The notes below the pieces were generated by a model. The model made no database searches, had not been told where the DNA came from, and was given only the letters and a program-made list of their open reading frames with translations. Of a stretch of 64,000 bases of DNA, positions 62,592-64,000 are shown in pieces. Within the stretch, counting starts at the first letter, position 1; each line of letters opens with the position of its first letter. The DNA is from Chloroflexota bacterium. GTDB taxonomy: Bacteria; Chloroflexota; UBA11872; VXOZ01. The position numbers and the translations under genes are program-made. The stretch spans positions 448,001 to 512,000 of the forward strand of contig OY760183.1 in the NCBI GenBank assembly GCA_963663275.1. The letters are read 5' to 3'.

Positions 62592-63992
62592 TTAGGACTC
62601 AAGCTCCTGCGTGATGAGCTTGGCGGCTTCGGCCAGCGCGCCCTTGAGGTCCAGTTCGCTCTCTCCCGCGATGGCGTCGGAGACCAGCTTATAGTGCGGC
62701 GCCGCTGCCGAGTAGCGGCGGTAGAAGGGATAGGTCTTGCCCCGGGCGCCCACTTCAGGCGTAACGGCGATGACGGGGAAGTCCTCCACCGCGCTGGCCC
62801 ACTCCGCCGAGTTGTAGAAATCGAGCCGCGGCGAAACCTGGTTTACCATGAGCAGTTTTTGCACCTGCGCCTCCAGGCCGCAGATGAAGCGGCTCATCTC
62901 GAACGCCATGTCCGGCTGCGCCGTGCCGTCCGGCACCACCATCATGTTGATCCAACTGGTGCCGCTGGCTTCGCCCTGGCTGCTGGGCCCTTGCGGCGGC
63001 GGCGCGAACCAGAAGTTGAAGTTTTCCTCAAATTCGTCGCGGATGTAGTACGCCGCCCAGGAACCCCACGGGATGGCGGAGCCGCGACCTTCGCGCAGCG
63101 CGTCCCGGCCGGAGGGGTAGTCGTCGCCCCGGTCGCGGTACCGTATGTGCTGCTTCTGGCGGTGGTCCGCCAACTCCAGCGCCTTGGCGGAATCGAAGAC
63201 CGCTTCCGTCAGCTCGGTATTGTGCATGTCGCCGCCGTTGGCGTAGAGCCAGGAGGCGAACGCCTCGAACCCCGGCACGTTATACGGGAACCCCAGCCGC
63301 GTATAGATGCCGGAGGAGTCCTTCTTGGATAGCTTCTCCGTGGCTTCCGCCAGCCCGTCCCACGTGCCGATGTCAGCGCCCTGGGGATCCAGACCGGCCT
63401 CGATGAAGTGATCCTGGTTGATCACCAGCATGTGGGAGTCCGGCCCCCAGAAGGAGATGCCGAAGATCTTGCCTTGCGCTATCCGGTAGGGGTTGGCGCT
63501 GGGCATGAACTGGTCTTCACCCACGTCCGGCGCCATGGCGAGATGGGAGGTCAAGTCCGACAGCAGGCCGTTGTCCCAGAGGTCGCGCGCCCAGATGATC
63601 GAGCTGTGCATGACGTCGGGCACCACGCGGGCCGCGGCTTCCGTGGTGAGTTTGGCGACGTTTTCACCAAACGGCACGCGGGTGTATTCGATGTTCTCCA
63701 CCTGCGGGTTCATCTCGCGGAAAGTATCGCTGGCCCAGATGAACCACTGGTCCCAGGTGGTCGGCGTCTGGCCCACTGAGCGCCAGTCGCGGAAGACCAG
63801 CGTGATCTTCTCCGCCTCGGGCTGCTTGGCTTCCTCTTTCGGCGCTTCAGCCTCTTTCACTTCCTCTTGCGCCGCTTCCGTACCGGTCCCCGCCTGGCCG
63901 CAGGCCGCCAGCAACGCGAATCCACCGGCAGCCGCGCCGCCGGCCAGAAAACGCCGGCGCGAAAACGCATGACTCGTGCGCTTGCTTTCCAT
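62592..63992 (-). CDS. ABC-type extracellular solute-binding lipoprotein, Tat signal
   Basis: FSRRRFL, LAAC, N.DHF.EAGLDP...TWD.L. Confidence 0.88.
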   Translation of the reverse strand: MESKRTSHAFSRRRFLAGGAAAGGFALLAACGQAGTGTEAAQEEVKEAEAPKEEAKQPEAEKITLVFRDWRSVGQTPTTWDQWFIWASDTFREMNPQVENIEYTRVPFGENVAKLTTEAAARVVPDVMHSSIIWARDLWDNGLLSDLTSHLAMAPDVGEDQFMPSANPYRIAQGKIFGISFWGPDSHMLVINQDHFIEAGLDPQGADIGTWDGLAEATEKLSKKDSSGIYTRLGFPYNVPGFEAFASWLYANGGDMHNTELTEAVFDSAKALELADHRQKQHIRYRDRGDDYPSGRDALREGRGSAIPWGSWAAYYIRDEFEENFNFWFAPPPQGPSSQGEASGTSWINMMVVPDGTAQPDMAFEMSRFICGLEAQVQKLLMVNQVSPRLDFYNSAEWASAVEDFPVIAVTPEVGARGKTYPFYRRYSAAAPHYKLVSDAIAGESELDLKGALAEAAKLITQELES

Positions 63993-64000
63993 AGCTGTCA

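Overview
High-GC bacterial chromosome segment. The gene content (Tat-lipoprotein solute-binding proteins, nusA operon without rimP, PhyH, sulfatase, very dense intergenic palindromes) suggests Chloroflexota, possibly host-associated; this is inference only. Core genes: nusA-ylxR-infB-rbfA-nrnA-truB-ribF, radA-ispD-ispF-cysE-cysS and tRNA-Pro(CGG). Accessory content: a SAM-I riboswitch ahead of a threonine-synthase-like PLP enzyme plus a sulfur-carrier protein; a DUF1971-globin fusion; two tandem coiled-coil paralogs; a multicopper-oxidase islet bracketed by a duplicated gene 3' end; a vWA/PP2C/kinase (TerY-P type) triad next to an unusual cobalamin-binding + C-terminal XRE regulator that diverges from a fasciclin lipoprotein; an APH(3')-family gene; a membrane PAS sensor with no output domain; three orphan solute-binding proteins; and several hydrolases. 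The most striking non-coding signal is a nested repeat system. At least four MITE families with readable terminal inverted repeats and target-site duplications insert into REP-like hairpins and into each other. One GTAG-REP family has, in all four copies, locus-specific flanks that are perfect reverse complements of each other. No transposase, integrase, reverse transcriptase, cas gene, CRISPR array or rRNA is visible. All family calls come from motif recognition by eye; no database search was run.
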